Shown here piece by piece: positions 1-14,102 of a stretch of 64,000 bases of DNA. The DNA is taken from the NCBI GenBank assembly GCA_965113315.1, contig OZ220367.1, one strand, 5' to 3'. Each line of letters begins with the position of its first letter. Positions within the stretch are counted from its first letter, which is position 1. Made by a program: the position numbers and the translations under genes. The notes below the pieces were generated by a model that saw only the letters and a program-made list of their open reading frames with translations, made no database searches and had not been told where the DNA came from. This stretch comes from Podarcis vaucheri (taxonomy: Eukaryota).

Positions 1-2
1 AA

Positions 3-269
3 CAATTACTGGATCTCAGATCTAACTACACTGACCTAGTTGGACTTTTGAGAGGTAACGGAATACCATACAGGTGGGAGTTTCCACAAGGCCTTTCATT
101 CAAATACAAAGGAAAGAAGATAAAAATCAAAACGAAAGAGGACAGCCAGAAGTTCCTATACGACAACGGAGAAGACTTGCAGAAAGGAGCGGCAGCTATT
201 TGGCCACCACCAGAGTCTGGAAAAGAGCTACCATCCTCGGACTTGGACAAAAAAGAAGACGCCCAATAA
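3..269 (+). CDS. L1 ORF1 C-terminal part (partial)
   Basis: Open frame from the window start (QLLDLRSNYTDLVGLLRGNGIPYRWEFPQGLSFKYKG...) ending just before ORF2; resembles the L1 ORF1 C-terminal domain. Confidence 0.75.
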   Translation, partial: QLLDLRSNYTDLVGLLRGNGIPYRWEFPQGLSFKYKGKKIKIKTKEDSQKFLYDNGEDLQKGAAAIWPPPESGKELPSSDLDKKEDAQ

Positions 270-292
270 GAGTAACAACAGGTTGATACAGG

Positions 293-3200
293 ATGTCTCT
301 GCCGCTGTATAGTTGGAACATTAATGGCGCGAATTCCCCGGAAAAACGCAAAAGGATTTTCCATATTCTAAAGAAAGAAAATTTGGACATAATTTGTTTG
401 CAAGAAACCCATGTGACCAGGATACACAGGAAGGTGTTAATAAATAAAAGATTAGGCCAAGAATTCATCTCATCAGATAGAGTTAAGAAGAGAGGCGTGG
501 TGATCTACGCCAAGGAGAATTTATCACCAAAATTTTTGTTCAAAGACGAACAAGGAAGAATTCTGGCTATTGAAATATCAACTCAAGGAGAGAAAGTTTT
601 GATATTAGGAATTTATGCACCAAATGAGGGGAAATCAGAATTTTATAAGAAGCTGCATGAGACACTACTGGACTACCTGGACTATTCCAACATCATTATG
701 ATGGGAGATATGAATGGGGTTGTCTCCACTTTTATGGATAAGTCACAGAATCAGAATTTGACCAAAGATGGAAGACTACCAAAAACTTTCTTTGAACTAA
801 CTGACAATATGGATTTAATTGATTTATGGAGGACGAGAAACCCCCTAGGTAAAGAAGGAACTTTCTTTTCTGAGGCCCACCTGTCATGGACAAGAATCGA
901 CCAAATCTGGGCAACTAGAGGGCTGGCACCTAAGACTACAAAAATAGAAATCTGCCCAAAGACTTGCTCCGACCACAATGCTTTGAAAATGGAAATGAAA
1001 TTTACTACTGCCGACTCCTTTAGATGGAAAATGAATGACAACCTGTTAAGAGATCAAGAGATTGTAAAGAAGGCCCAAAAAGCCTTAAAGGACTATTTTG
1101 AAATCAACTTGAATACCTCGGTGGAAAAGAGAATAATCTGGGACGCAAGCAAAGCTGTCATGAGAGGGTTCCTGATACAACAGAATACGATCAAGAAAAA
1201 ACTTTGGAATGGTAAAAAGGACAAGATATTGGAGAAGATAAGAGATGGAGAGAAAAAATTAAGATTGAATCCAAAATCAAAAGAGACTTTAAGAGAAATC
1301 AAATTTCACCAGTCACAATATGCGAAATTGATTAACCAAGAAGTGGAATGGAAAATCAAACAAATGAAACAAAGATCTTTTGAATCTGCGAATAAATGTG
1401 GGAAACTGCTAGCTTGGCAGTTGAAAAAGAGACAAAAATTAAATTATGTTACCAACTTAGAAGTTGAAGGGAAAAACATTCAGAAACCGGGAGAAATTAG
1501 AAAGTGTTTCCAGAAATATTTTAAAAAACTGTATACACAAGAATCCGAGGAAGCAACTGAGATAGAACAATTTTTGAAAGACAACGGCCTACCAAAACTA
1601 TCTCAAGAGAAGAGATCAATCTTGAATTGTAAAATAACACAACAGGAAATCGAGGATGCCATTCAGAATATGCAACTAGGCAAATCTCCAGGCCCTGATG
1701 GACTCACCTCCAAGTACTACAGGATGTTAAAAGACTATTTGATACAACCATTAATGGAGGTTTGCAACCAGATTATGGGGGGAGGGAGGGCACCAGATAC
1801 GTGGAAAGAAGCATTCATCACACTGATACCTAAAGTGGAAACTGAAAAGACTCAACTTAAGAACTACCGCCCCATCTCACTCCTAAACGTGGATTACAAA
1901 ATATTTGCGGATGTTTTGGCTAACAGATTTAAAAAAGTATTAAATGAAGTAATCCATAAGGACCAAGCAGGCTTTCTCCCAGGTAGACATTTGTTTGATA
2001 ACACCAGGAATATTATTGATACTCTGGAACTTTTACAAACAAATATTAACACCAAAGCAGTGTTAATTTTTATTGATGCGGAGAAGGCCTTTGACAACAT
2101 TTCTTGGAAATTTATGAAGAAAAACTTGGAAGGGATGGGAGTGGGAAGGGGGTTTGAGAATGGAATAGAGGCAATCTATTCAGAACAAAAAGCTAAGTTG
2201 ATAGTGAACAAAGTGGTGACAGAAGAACTTCATATTGAAAAAGGAACACGCCAGGGGTGCCCCTTATCCCCTTTATTGTTTATTTCAGTCCTGGAGGTTT
2301 TGCTGAATATGATAAGGGAGGATCGGCAGGTACAAGGAATACGGGTCGGAGCGAAACAATATAAACTGAAAGCATTTGCAGATGACTTGGTTTTAATATT
2401 ACAGGAGCCAGAACATAGTACAAAAAGAGTTTTGGAATTGATTCAGAAATTTGGTCGGGTGGCGGGTTTTAAGCTGAACAAACAAAAAACCAAGGTGTTA
2501 GGGAAAAACTTGACAGTTACTGAAACAGAGGGGTTTCAGAAGGAAACAGAACTAAACATTGTTAAAAAAGTGAAATACCTGGGGGTCAATCTGTCTTCTA
2601 AGAATTTGAATCTATTTAAAGATAACTATGAAAAATGTTGGTCAGAAGTCAAAAAAGATCTAGAAATTTGGTCAAGATTGAAACTATCCTTGTTAGGCCG
2701 AATTGCAGCTATAAAAATGAACGTTTTGCCAAAGATGTTGTTCTTGTTTCAAGCCTTGCAGATCGTGGACAGAGTGGAATGTTTTGGAAAGTGGCAGAGG
2801 GATATTTCTAGGTTTGTCTGGCAGGGCAAAAAGCCCCGAATAAAGTTTAAAATACTAACCGATGCAAAGGAGAGAGGGGGGTTTGCCCTGCCAGACTTAA
2901 GGTTATATTATGAAGCTGCGGCCTTCTGCTGGATGAAAGATTGGATTTTATTGGAAAACACTGATGTCCTAGATCTGGAAGGCTTCAATAATTCGTTAGG
3001 TTGGCATGCGTATTTGTGGTATGACAAGGGGAAAACACATGGAATGTTTAAAAACCATATTGTCAGAAAAGCAATATATATGGTCTGGAAAAAATACAAA
3101 GACTTATTGGAAAGTAAAACTCCGAGGTGGATTTCACCAATAGAGGCCAAAGCTCGGAAAACACCCAATATGGAGGCATATTGGCCGAAATATTGGGAAA

Positions 3201-4033
3201 TAATAGAAAACATTGGAGGTAATTGGAGGTTGCAGAGCTTTGAAAAATTAAAGGATAAGGTGCAAAATTGGCTACACTATGCCCAAATTAATGAGGTTTT
3301 TAAGCTAGATAAAAAAACAGGATTCCAGGTGGAAAAATCGAAACTTGAGACAGAGTTGTTAGAACCAAAGACCAAGGTATTATCGAGAATGTACAACTTG
3401 CTGCTTAAATGGAATACTCAGGATGAGACAGTTAAATCAGCCATGATAAAATGGGCTCAAGACATTGGTTACAATATTATGTCTGAGGACTGGGAAAGGT
3501 TATGGACCACCGGTATGAAGTTTACGGCATGTAATGCCTTGAAAGAAAACATTATGAAAATGGTATACAGGTGGTACATGACCCCAGTCAAGCTCGCTAA
3601 GATATACCATTTGTCTGATAATAAATGTTGGAAATGCAAGGAGGCTGAAGGGACATTCTTTCACCTCTAGTGGACTTGTCCAAGATTGAAGGCCTTTTGG
3701 GAAATGATCTATAACGAGTTAAAAAAGGTGTTTAAGTACACCTTCCCCAAGAAACCAGAGGCCTTCCTTCTGGGCATTGTCGGCCAGAAGGTGTTAAAAA
3801 AGGATAGAATTTTCTTTATGTATGCTACAACAGCAGCAAGAATTCCCATCGCTAAGCATTGGAAGACCCAAGATTTGCCCACACTGGAGGATTGGCAGAC
3901 GCAATTGATGAACTACATGGAACTAGCCGAGATGACTGCAAGGATCCGAGACTTGGGAGAAGAGGCAATGGAGGAGGACTGGAAAAAATTTAAAGACTAT
4001 CTGCAAAAGTATTATAAGTTGTATGAAACATAA
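293..4033 (+). pseudogene. L1 ORF2 (APE endonuclease + reverse transcriptase + C-terminal Cys/His domain) with one premature stop at 3668-3670
   Basis: SWNING, LQETH, GDMN and SDHN endonuclease motifs; GPDG, YRPISLLN, QGCPLSP, FADD and YLG RT motifs. ORF 293-3670 and ORF 3686-4033 are in the same frame, separated only by a TAG in CWKC...HL*WTC. Confidence 0.95.
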
Positions 4034-6774
4034 GACGCCGTATGATTCGGAACGTTAGCCCCAGCAACGAAATTTATTATCTATGAAATTGATAACATTC
4101 ATGAAAGAATCAAAGTTTAAATGGGTAAAAACGAAATTATGTTATATTTTTAGAGTAAATGGAGAATAAGAGATTTAAACTTAAATTGCAACTGAAAATA
4201 TAAAGAAACACACGAAATAAGGGTATAATTTGCTGATAACTTTATTATCAAGAATGCATTATGTGGGAGATGTGGGGAAGTCCAATGGAAATTTGAAATA
4301 AGTTGTTGAAATGGTTGTGATTTTCTGTTCTTTTTTTCTTTTTTTCTTTCTATATGTCTATTCTTTTGTTCTTTCTGTAATTTGGAAAAAATGCAATAAA
4401 AATTATTATAAAAAAAAACAGAATGCTTGAAATTTTTAACTGACTGGCTAACATGTGAATAATAAAAACAATAGTCTCTGCCTGCCAACTTCTGACCCAA
4501 GTAACACAATACAAAAGGAGAAAGAGATGAGAAAGGAAGAGGAGGCAAGCACACACCAGTTACTATCTAAGTTTAAGGACTAGCTGTTTAGGGAGATGTT
4601 GTTCTCATAGCAGGACAGGTAGAAAGGCCCTTCCTCTCATCTCTCTCTTTGCTGTGGCCTGATAGAATGGTTGCTGCCATGTGGTGGTTGAGGAATAAGC
4701 CTGATGGAGTTGGTCTTCCAACAGAGTTGATAGAGTGGCCCTGCTTCCCAGAGTTCCCTCTGAATTAATCAGCCATTAGCTTCACTAACAACTGCTTTGT
4801 AAACGAATTCCTTTTTGATGTTTATGGATGTTTAAAGAATCTATGTCCCAATCAGGCACTGTTATTGTCCAATGTGAACTCATTATGGCTCATTGGGTAC
4901 AGAGGCGTTTTATTTCCATAGGAAAGCTCTTGCCGACATGTGACAGATATGCTGTGTGAAAGGTTGCTGTGAATACCTGCTTTATATGCCTTGTGACTGG
5001 TAAATGGTCACACTGAAGTGGTTAATCGTTGGACCTCTGCTATCTACTCTCGCAGAAGTCAAAGAGCAGTGATTTAAGAGGGTTGGGGGATGAGAACTCG
5101 GATACATCACTCATCTTAAATCTACAGCCATGCGTTGCAGTAGAAAATTAGCTTATTCTTCAAGCCACAGAGATAGACTGAATTGCTTAATAACCAGAAA
5201 GTGATGAGAGATAGAAAATTGAGTGCCGGGGAAGGAATCAAAAGCATTCAGTGTGTTCCCTTTTGCAAGCAAACGGAGCCAGATGAAAACAGAGAGGCTG
5301 AAAAGCTGCTGAAGGTTCAGCCTACACAAGCAGGCTCTCTTCTGTACTTTCCCCCCTGCTTCTTTAAAATGGGATGTGAGGCTCCCTCAACACAGAATCC
5401 ATCTACCGCACAAAGAATACATCCCCACTTGACAGGAATGAACAGGTGTAACAGGCTGCTTTCTCTTACCATCTGACAACACTGCTGACTCAAATATTTT
5501 TCTGTACCCTTAAAAAGAATCTGCTTATACTGTCTGATGAAACTATCCCTTTGTTTTGCTTTCCCCCCTGCCGTTTATTTTTGTGGCTATTGGATCCCTC
5601 CTTTTAAAGCGTAAACTCACTGGTTTATTTTTATGCTCATTACTGAGGAGGAAAACAACCCTGACACTTTGCACAGAGGAACAGCAGCCTTATCATTAAA
5701 GCTGGGTCAGGAGGAAAGTCCTAGCTGCAGCAAGAGCTTCCTCTTTGGCTGCTTCTTGAATGGTTTACTTGACTTGAATTCACAATGGCAGAAGCCATGG
5801 GAGCTGGTTCAGAATGTCAGCAACCTCTCTGCTCAGGGTTGCCCATTACAGCACTATTAGGCCATTGTTTAAAGATTATAGATTGGGTTTTGTGTGTCAG
5901 CTGGCATATGGTGGGATGTTCTGTTACCATGTGCCCTGGTTGACACGCCTGTGTGCACTTTTCAGACACGGACCCTTAACATTTGGAGAGGAATTTTGAA
6001 TGTTGTGTTAATGCTGGTGTTCAAGTGCTACTGAAATCTGATGTTCTTTTTAAAGAGAATTGAAGAGGCCTGAGACGATTGTATTCCAGAGGAGAGCAGT
6101 GAATTTTATCAAGAAGAAATTAATGAAACAATTTATTTAAAGCACTTAATCCTAACCAGAATTTATGGTGCTAATAAATGCTCAGAACTGTTCATTATTC
6201 TGGCAACTATAGGTAAAAGCAGGAGCTAAGCAGAAAAGCAAACATGTGCTGTAAAATATCCCAATTCTCTAGTAAGAATATGGAAAGGGGGTGGGGGAGA
6301 GGAAGTTGGGCACAAATAGATCGTTTTAAAGTGATTATTTTTGCAAATGCTAGGAAGTTGGGCACAATTAGAGGGTTAAAAATTGATGTAAGTGTTAGGG
6401 GTTTCTGGGATGAGATGGGTAGAGAAGAGAGCAGGTTTCCAGGGGGTGCAAATAAGTGAGGATAGCAGAGCAGAGGAAGAGGTGCTTTTCTTGGGGCAGG
6501 GGCACAGTGTGTCATGAGGGAAGGTATGTGAATAATGCAGTGGTTTGGCAAAGAGTTAAGAGCTGAAGAGCTTATGCCTTAGGTGTGCAGAAAAACTAGG
6601 TTAGAAACAGAACAAAATTCGAGGGGGTGTGGAAATAGAGAGGTGATAACTTTTGTTGGCTTATGGACCAACTAAGTAAAGAGGAAGGAATTAGTGGAAC
6701 TCGTTACCTTTCATTATCTGCATAGCTGACTGGTGGTGAAGTGGAGGCAATTGGGCTCCAGTAATGAAAAGGGA

Positions 6775-7114
6775 GGGACGCAGGTGGGTTGAACCACAGA
6801 GCCTAGGACTTGCCGATCATAAGTCGGTGGTTCGAATCCCTGCGACGGGGTGAGCTCCCGTTGCTCGGTCCCAGCTCCTGCCAACCTAGCAGTTCAAAAG
6901 CACGTCAAAGTGCAAGTAGATAAATAGGAACTGCTAAATAGGAAGGTAAACGGCGTTTCCGTGCACTTCTCTGGTTCGCCAGAAGCGGCTTAGTCATGCT
7001 GGCCACATGACCCGGAAGCTGTACGCCGGCTCCCTCGGCCTATAGAGCAAGATGAGCGCCGCAACCCCAGAGTCAGCCACGACTGGACCTAATGGTCAGG
7101 GATCCCTTTACCTT
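6775..7114 (+). mobile_element. Sauria SINE (lacertid type)
   Basis: tRNA-like head with GGTTCGAATCC B box, CCCTTTACCTTT tail, 13-bp TSD TAATGAAAAGGGA (6762-6774 / 7115-7127). Confidence 0.92.
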
Positions 7115-10100
7115 TAATGAAAAGGGAGATGGAGGAGGATGAGAACGCAAGATTTCTGATGCCATCAGACATCTTTGGGAGAAAGAACCCCAAAAATCTG
7201 GAGCCACTAACTCTGGCTTTTTTGCCCAGGTTTAATAAAACAACAACAGCAACAAAGAATAGATTCCTGTTATTGATGGCTCATTTAAAGCATTACTGGG
7301 ATGTTTAAAGTTTTAAAAGGTGCACACAGTTCAAGCACTCCCACTTTGCTCCTGCCACAGTGGATCAGGGAAACAGCAATTGACTTAGCGTTGCATCTGA
7401 ATCAGTTCTCATGGTTTGCTTCCCTCCCTATAAACCATGATCTGAAGCCAACATTTCTTTTGTGGGAGAAACAAGCCACAAGCATGGAACTTTTGCCCAG
7501 TGTCATTAAACAAACCATACCTCTTGGCTCAGCATTATGTCTGAATGCATCTTCTATGCACTGAAGGAGACATAAACCTGGCTTTCCCCTTAACCTTGGC
7601 TTGAAGATTGCTTGCCTTTCTAATCAGAAGCTTTCTGCCAAACAGGTGTGTTCTTTTGCAGATGAAAAGTCTGCCTTTGTCTCTTAGCAGGCTGACTTTC
7701 AGTTTGTGCTAAAGCAAATTCATTAATGTTGAAGAATTTCAGTCAATTTGTGTTGCCACTTCAGCGATGAAATATGCGCTAGTCAAAGGAGCTTTAGCGC
7801 AAGGTTGTTTCCTGCCCAGTTCTGTGCAAGAAAATTACTTTGACGTTCATTTGCCATGGAAAATAGTGTCTGTCTCAAACAGCTCTGAGTTTAAGGCAAA
7901 TCAATATCCTGTTTGTGGCTAATCTATAAATTAGGAGACCTGTCCAGAGTATTCTGGATCCATAGCAGAGACCTGAATTACGACAGTTTTGCTCTCGAGT
8001 AGTTAATTCTTAGATAATTTGCCTCACAGTTGCATTATTAATCTGAAAAAGAAATGTAGAATAGCATGGAATAGATGCATATTTAAAGCACAGTGCTGTT
8101 TAAAACAGGGCTTTTTTGTTTATACTAATGTGCAGTTCAGAGACTTTATGAGAAGTTAGAAGTTGGGGTGCTGTGAATAAAGGACATTGCTAAGGGAAGA
8201 GCCAATTGAACCCAGCTTCAGATGTGAACCAGGGGATTAGTACAGATTTAAAAATATTTTTTGCTGGCTTTGCTTTATTCTGTTTTGCTCACCTACTTCT
8301 GGAATTGAAACAGTGAGGAGGATGCATTTGAAGAGAGTTAAGTCACAGTTGCCTTGATTATAGCCTATATCAGATTTGTATAAGCATGGTAACAATAAAC
8401 TTATCCAATTGAGTTAATTGCTCAGAGGCAAATTATCTCATAGCAATGTACTCCAGGGCAAATTTCTTACTTGAACAAGTACCCATATTTAAACTTTTAG
8501 AGCACAGGAGCACAGAACGCTGTTTATACAGCGGCAGTTCATTTGTCCCTTTAGCTCAGTGTTGCCTATATTGACTGGCAGCCGCTCTCCAGAATTTCAT
8601 GTGTCTCTCCCAGCCCACCTGGAGATGTCAGGTTGAACTTGGATCGTTTGGTATGTATCACATGTACTCTTTCACTGAGCTATGATTCTCCCCACAATTT
8701 GATATGATGAGTCAGGGTAGTACGCATCATGTTCAAGAGGAAATTAGTGCTCTCATAAAATCTATTTGTTGTTTGCATGAAGCAACAGTAGTGGTAATGT
8801 TAGGCCTGCTGACTCTACCTGTATTACCACCAGTATCTGGAGGAAGTTGTAAGCAAATACACTAAAGGAGTACTTGAGTTCTATGGACATAACCAGGGTT
8901 GGGTGTCCTCTGTCTTTTGGCTGAAACAGTTTAAGTATATGAATGCTCACTAGGAAAAGAGTAATGGCCAAGCTACACATTATGTAATATCCAGACTCAC
9001 ATTATGTATTCTCTCTACACCCACACCAGTGTTTTTTTCCAAATAAACTTGCCGGCTCAGGTGACTATTTGCCTTTTAGAGCTTAAAATATGTATATATA
9101 ATTAAAATCTTATAGCAGAACAAAGCTGTATCAGAAATAAAACTAGTGTGCAAAACAAAAACAATTTAAAATTAAGAGTCAATAGTTTTTTTAAAAAGCT
9201 TGTGTAAACAGGTAAGTTTTTAAGAAGCATTTAAAAGCTCATTAATTGCATATCATTCCAGAGGGAGATGGTGAATGTTATCACTACAAGGCCTGTAGTA
9301 ATCTGGTAGTTGCGGAACCACCGGCAGGGTCTCATTGGAAAATCTAAAAAATTGCCCTGGTCTGTACTGGAGGTCATGGTCTTCTAGCTATTACTTAAAA
9401 ATATGTTTTTCAATTGACAATACATATGAGTAGTTCATCAAGCATCACTCTCCTGGCTCCCACTCTCAGACAAAGTACTCGGACTCTCAACTTGAGAATT
9501 CCCAAAGGCTTTATTCCAAAAGTCATCACATAGTTTAAGATACAGGCTACAGAATTGGTAATTCAGAAATAAAAGTGTAAGATATATGGTTGGCAGAAGC
9601 TAACACATTGTCAGAACAGCTGACATGTCCACTTTGCTCCTGCTTTGCAGAGCGGGGTGGTCACAGTCAGTCTCATGATTCATGTCCCAAACAATGCGAC
9701 TGGACAAGCAAGTGGGCACTCCTGTATGTAGGCTGGATCTGCTTGCCAGCACATTTAACAGCACATCTTTGGAGATGGGGCCAGCTCGCTATTTGATTCA
9801 GGCTCATTTACCTCCCTGGTTGCCAGGGCAATCTCAATCTCCAGAGGCAGGTTGACAGCTGGGATGTCCAGCAGCATCTGGGCAGACTATCTGGACCCCT
9901 CCTCTTATTTCCCGCTCTCTTATAGATCCTGCCAGGACCATCCCTCCTTGTTTGTTGCTATGGGGCTTTTGACAGTCACTTTTGATTGCTTTTATCAATT
10001 TGTTTTTATTGATTTATTCTATGCTCTGACTCTATAGCTGCCCATAAGGTAAATTTACTTGGATATTTTATTCTCTGTTTTCCCCTTTTCATCCTTCTGT

Positions 10101-12877
10101 CATATTCATCTCATTTCACATGTTTGGTACTCCTTGTCAGTTATGCATGGCTGTCGTTAATAAGGTGGTACTATAAGGGAAGACTGAAATCTTTGCAAAA
10201 TTGCTGCTGAGCTCTCCACACCTAAAATACTGGATGAAATCCAGTATAGCGCTAAGTGAACAAGGATTGCTGCTTGTGCAGCAGAACATTCCCCCTTCCC
10301 TCATGTACCCCTTAAATCTGTTCTAGGGGTTGCCCATGCAGATTTGCCGTGGGTGTCCATGGGGGGCGGGAAGGGGAGAAGGTCTCATTGTGCAGGTGGA
10401 AATCCTTGTGCTGACAGGGTGGTTTGTTGAATACCGCCCAATATTTTGAGAACACTTGAAGGGTCAGCTCAAACTTTCTCACAAGGAAGAGGGGCCCCTG
10501 AAAATGATGAGTTCACCCTAGTCTTTCACTCTGGAGTTTATGGACAGGCACCAAAGTCTGATGGACCTTCCTCTGGATGTCTACAATTGTCTTGCATTGA
10601 GCAGTCACTCAGCTGCTCTCCACACACCCAGTTCCAGGCTTCAGAAGGCTTAGTGAGTTTCCCAGGGGATCTAAAAGATGGCAGATGGGAATCCCTCCAT
10701 TCATAGTTCATTCTGTGGCCTCTTCACAGTTCTCCTTTTCTAGCTACTTGGAAGAGTGCTTTATAGCAAGCTCTCTTGCTCAGAAGTTCTGCAGAATAGG
10801 ACTATGTAGGAAGGCTGGATCTGACTAAATTAAAGTGCAGCCATGTGTTATCTGTTTATGAAGGAATCCCTCCCTGCACCTCATGAATACCATATGCTCC
10901 TCCTTACCATAGGAGGGCAGGGATAAAAGGTCATGCTGCATGTAGCTTGGAGTGAATCAATAACTTTTATAAGTGCTAAGCCACACCAAAACTAATTATT
11001 TTTGTGCTCCAGAAAATACTTTAGTGCTGCATTATGATGCTGGCATAGGCAAGTGGAATCCATCAAAGTCACTGGTCTCAGTTGGTGGGGGAGAGCAGCT
11101 TGCTTTGAGAAGAAGCTGCTCCTCCTGTTGCAGGCAGTGTTTAGGGGAGTGCTGAAGGGAAAGTGGAGGAGCGATCCCTGCTTCCTTCCCATAATACTTC
11201 TTGATAGAAATGTTCTAGCTACATACTACTCGCCCCACTTCCAAGAGAGAATAATTGGACTTACTGTGAGGTTTTATTGGTTTACCTTACCCAAGTCCTA
11301 AGGTGTGTGAGTGTGTTATGAATGCAATATTTATAGAGGATATCACCTAGGTTGGGGACTCCTGGGGACTTCTAGCTACTCTTGTTCTCTTTGGATTGAT
11401 AATATTGTTATTTAATATTAATGTCCCCCCCCCCCCTGAATTCAATGTTTAAGTTTAGATATATCTATATTGAGAAGGATGTGTGTGTTTTGCTCCTCTG
11501 TTACTTGTTTGTAGCAGTAGGTAAAGCGTCTCCTTAAAGAAACTTTATTCCTACCCTGGCACTAATCTCCTTGATAAAGCATAGTGGGCTGAGAGCCAGT
11601 TCCTTCTCATTGGATGAATACAGCTGTCTTTTTACAAAGGGTTTTGCTTGTCCCCCTTTGCTCATTATGGGACACTGTATTCTGTATAATGATTATATAA
11701 AAGCAAAATTATCAAAATAAAGAATTTTAGCGTGCTTATGTGAATGTTCTCTAGTAGTTGGAATAAGGAATGGATTCTAAGGGTTTTGTGTGCAAGAGGT
11801 TTGGAGAGAGAACTTCGTTCCAAGAACTAAGAGACGTTTTAGGTTAGGAAAACAACTGCAGCTTTTGTAGGCAATCGTTTGGATCGTTTCTTCATCTCCT
11901 TAGTGTTCATGTAATGTATTGACCTCTGCTATGTCTATGAAAGCAATTTACATTTAGAAGAGCTGTTATCACACTTACCATAAAGAAATCAGTATTTTTA
12001 TTCGTAGAACCGGGAGACTTTTAACAACCTGAAACAAAAATGAAGTTCATGCTTTATCTCCATTTGCCTTTGTTTTGTTTTATTTTATTTTGTGTTGGTC
12101 ACAAATTGCATCTGTACGTTGTGTGACTTAATTTTATTTGCACTTTTATATACCACCATGCAATCTGTTGATGGAGGGTGGTTTAGAAATATTCTCAATA
12201 TATAAAAATACATTTTGATTGTCTTAACTCCTAAGACTCTAATAGCCTTGTACGGGGATTCAACATTGTACTGAGGAGTAAGTGGAAGTTATTTGAAATA
12301 TCATATTGTTCTTGTCAGCATCTCCAATCAGCTGTGACTTGTTTATTATGCACTTTGCAGATAAGGTTGCTTACATGCTGTCCACCTTTGATGCTATAGT
12401 TGGGTCAGAAGTGTCATTAGTATCATATTTTGCCGTTGACTATCTGTTTTGGTTAATATCACATTAGGCCACAGAGAGCATACTTAAGAAGCTGCATGCA
12501 GCTGTATACACAATGCACCATAGACTGCCCCGGCTGATAAAATTTGCTAGGGAAGAACTCAACTTAAAACTGTCTCCTCTAATATACAGTATTGTCTTAG
12601 TGCTGGAGATTTTCTGGTAATATGACTGACAAATCCTCCCAAAATAGTGGTGCTATGGGATAGTCATAGGTGGCTCATCTGGTATGGTGCAGCTGCTACA
12701 TTAGTTTCTCAGCAAATGGATTACTTTTGCTTACCAAGAAGTCAATACGATGCGAATTTGGCAGTCCTGCTGGCATGCTTGCACTGCACTGACTTCCCTG
12801 CCACATCTCCCATCTCCTAGTAAGTAATAGCATCACAACTGCTGGGAAACTAGCATAGCAGCTCTGTTACCCTGGCA

Positions 12878-13306
12878 GCTGAGACCACATAACACCAGTC
12901 ATGAAAGACCTATATTGGCTCCCAGTATGTTTCTGAGCACAATTCGAAGTGTGGGTGCTGACCTTTAAAGCCCTAAAAGACCTCGGTCCAGTATACCTGA
13001 AGGAGCATCTCCTCCCCCATCGTTCAGCCTGGACACTGAGGTCCAGCTCCGAGGGCCTTCTAGCAGTTCCCTCACTGCAAGAAGTGAGGTTGCAGGGAAC
13101 CAGGCAGAGGGCCTTTTCAGTGGTGGCACCCGCCCTGTGGAATGCCCTCCCACCAGATGTCAAGGAAATAAACAACTATCTGACTTTTAGAAGACATCTG
13201 AAGGCAGACCTGTTTAGGGAAGTTTTTAATGTTGGAAGTTTTATTCTGTTTAATATTCTGTTGGAAGCCACCCAGAGTGGCTGGGGTAACCCAGCCAGAT
13301 GGGCGG

Positions 13307-13364
<58 letters not shown>
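12878..13364 (+). mobile_element. L2-type LINE 3' fragment with (TAA)n tail
   Basis: Translates as DHITPVMKDLYWLPV...RAFSVVAPALWNALP, typical of the L2/CR1-group ORF2 C-terminus; ends in a TAA microsatellite tail. The 5' boundary is approximate. Confidence 0.85.
13309..13364. repeat. (TAA)n microsatellite, about 18 units
   Basis: Read directly; forms the tail of the L2 fragment. Confidence 0.97.
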
Positions 13365-14102
13365 TATCTATCTCTGAGGACAGCATAATTGAAGTTTGAG
13401 AACCATTGTGGCAATTTCTGGATTTGAGTACTACCTGAGACTACTCAGCACTGAAAGGCTGAAAGATTCCAACAGGCAAGAAGTATCATACATGCAGACA
13501 GGCCCAATGCCAGCATTGTTTTGCAACTTTGAAAATGAGCAACCCATGTCTACATTCAGCTCCTGTGTAGCAAAACATAAGCTGCTTCACGTTTAGGGTG
13601 ACTGTGAACACTGGAGCCATCAAAGGAAGGGAAATTTCTGATTGATACCTAGAACCTCATCTCCTCAGCTGCATTGTTTGTTAGATCATAATTACTGCGA
13701 ACCTTTTTTTTCCTCTCTGAAAAAATATATATAATCGGTTTGAAACAGAAATATCCAGATGACTGAACAGACCAAGACTATATGTATGGATATATTATTC
13801 TAGAATCTGTTTCAGGCAAACTCAAGAGGAGGGCTTCAAGGACCAGTTTAGTATGGTGTCAAATAAGAAATCCTAGGTAACTTAGTAACCACCAGATGAT
13901 CCTAATTTTTATTGGTTTTCCATGTAGAACTGATATGTGTAAATATATCCCTTTGAGCTGTTGATTTTAAACTTTGTCAGCTAAAATGACACCACAGCTA
14001 TGCAATACAATAGAAGAAAAGGCTTCTTTGCAACACGTAATGGAGAATATTTTCACTCTCCGACCTTCATACATGAATGTAAAATTTCTCTCTCTGTTTC
14101 AG

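Larger units (their letters stand above)
1..4418 (+). mobile_element. L1-clade LINE, near full length (5' end outside window)
   Basis: ORF1 tail (stop at 269), 23-bp spacer, ORF2 with endonuclease and RT motifs, about 380-bp 3' UTR with T-rich tract, AATAAA at 4395-4400 and A-tail at 4410-4418. Confidence 0.96.

Noticed and set aside
6775-6860. tRNA gene (B box GGTTCGAATCC)
   Set aside because: It is the tRNA-derived head of a Sauria SINE, as in the other copies.
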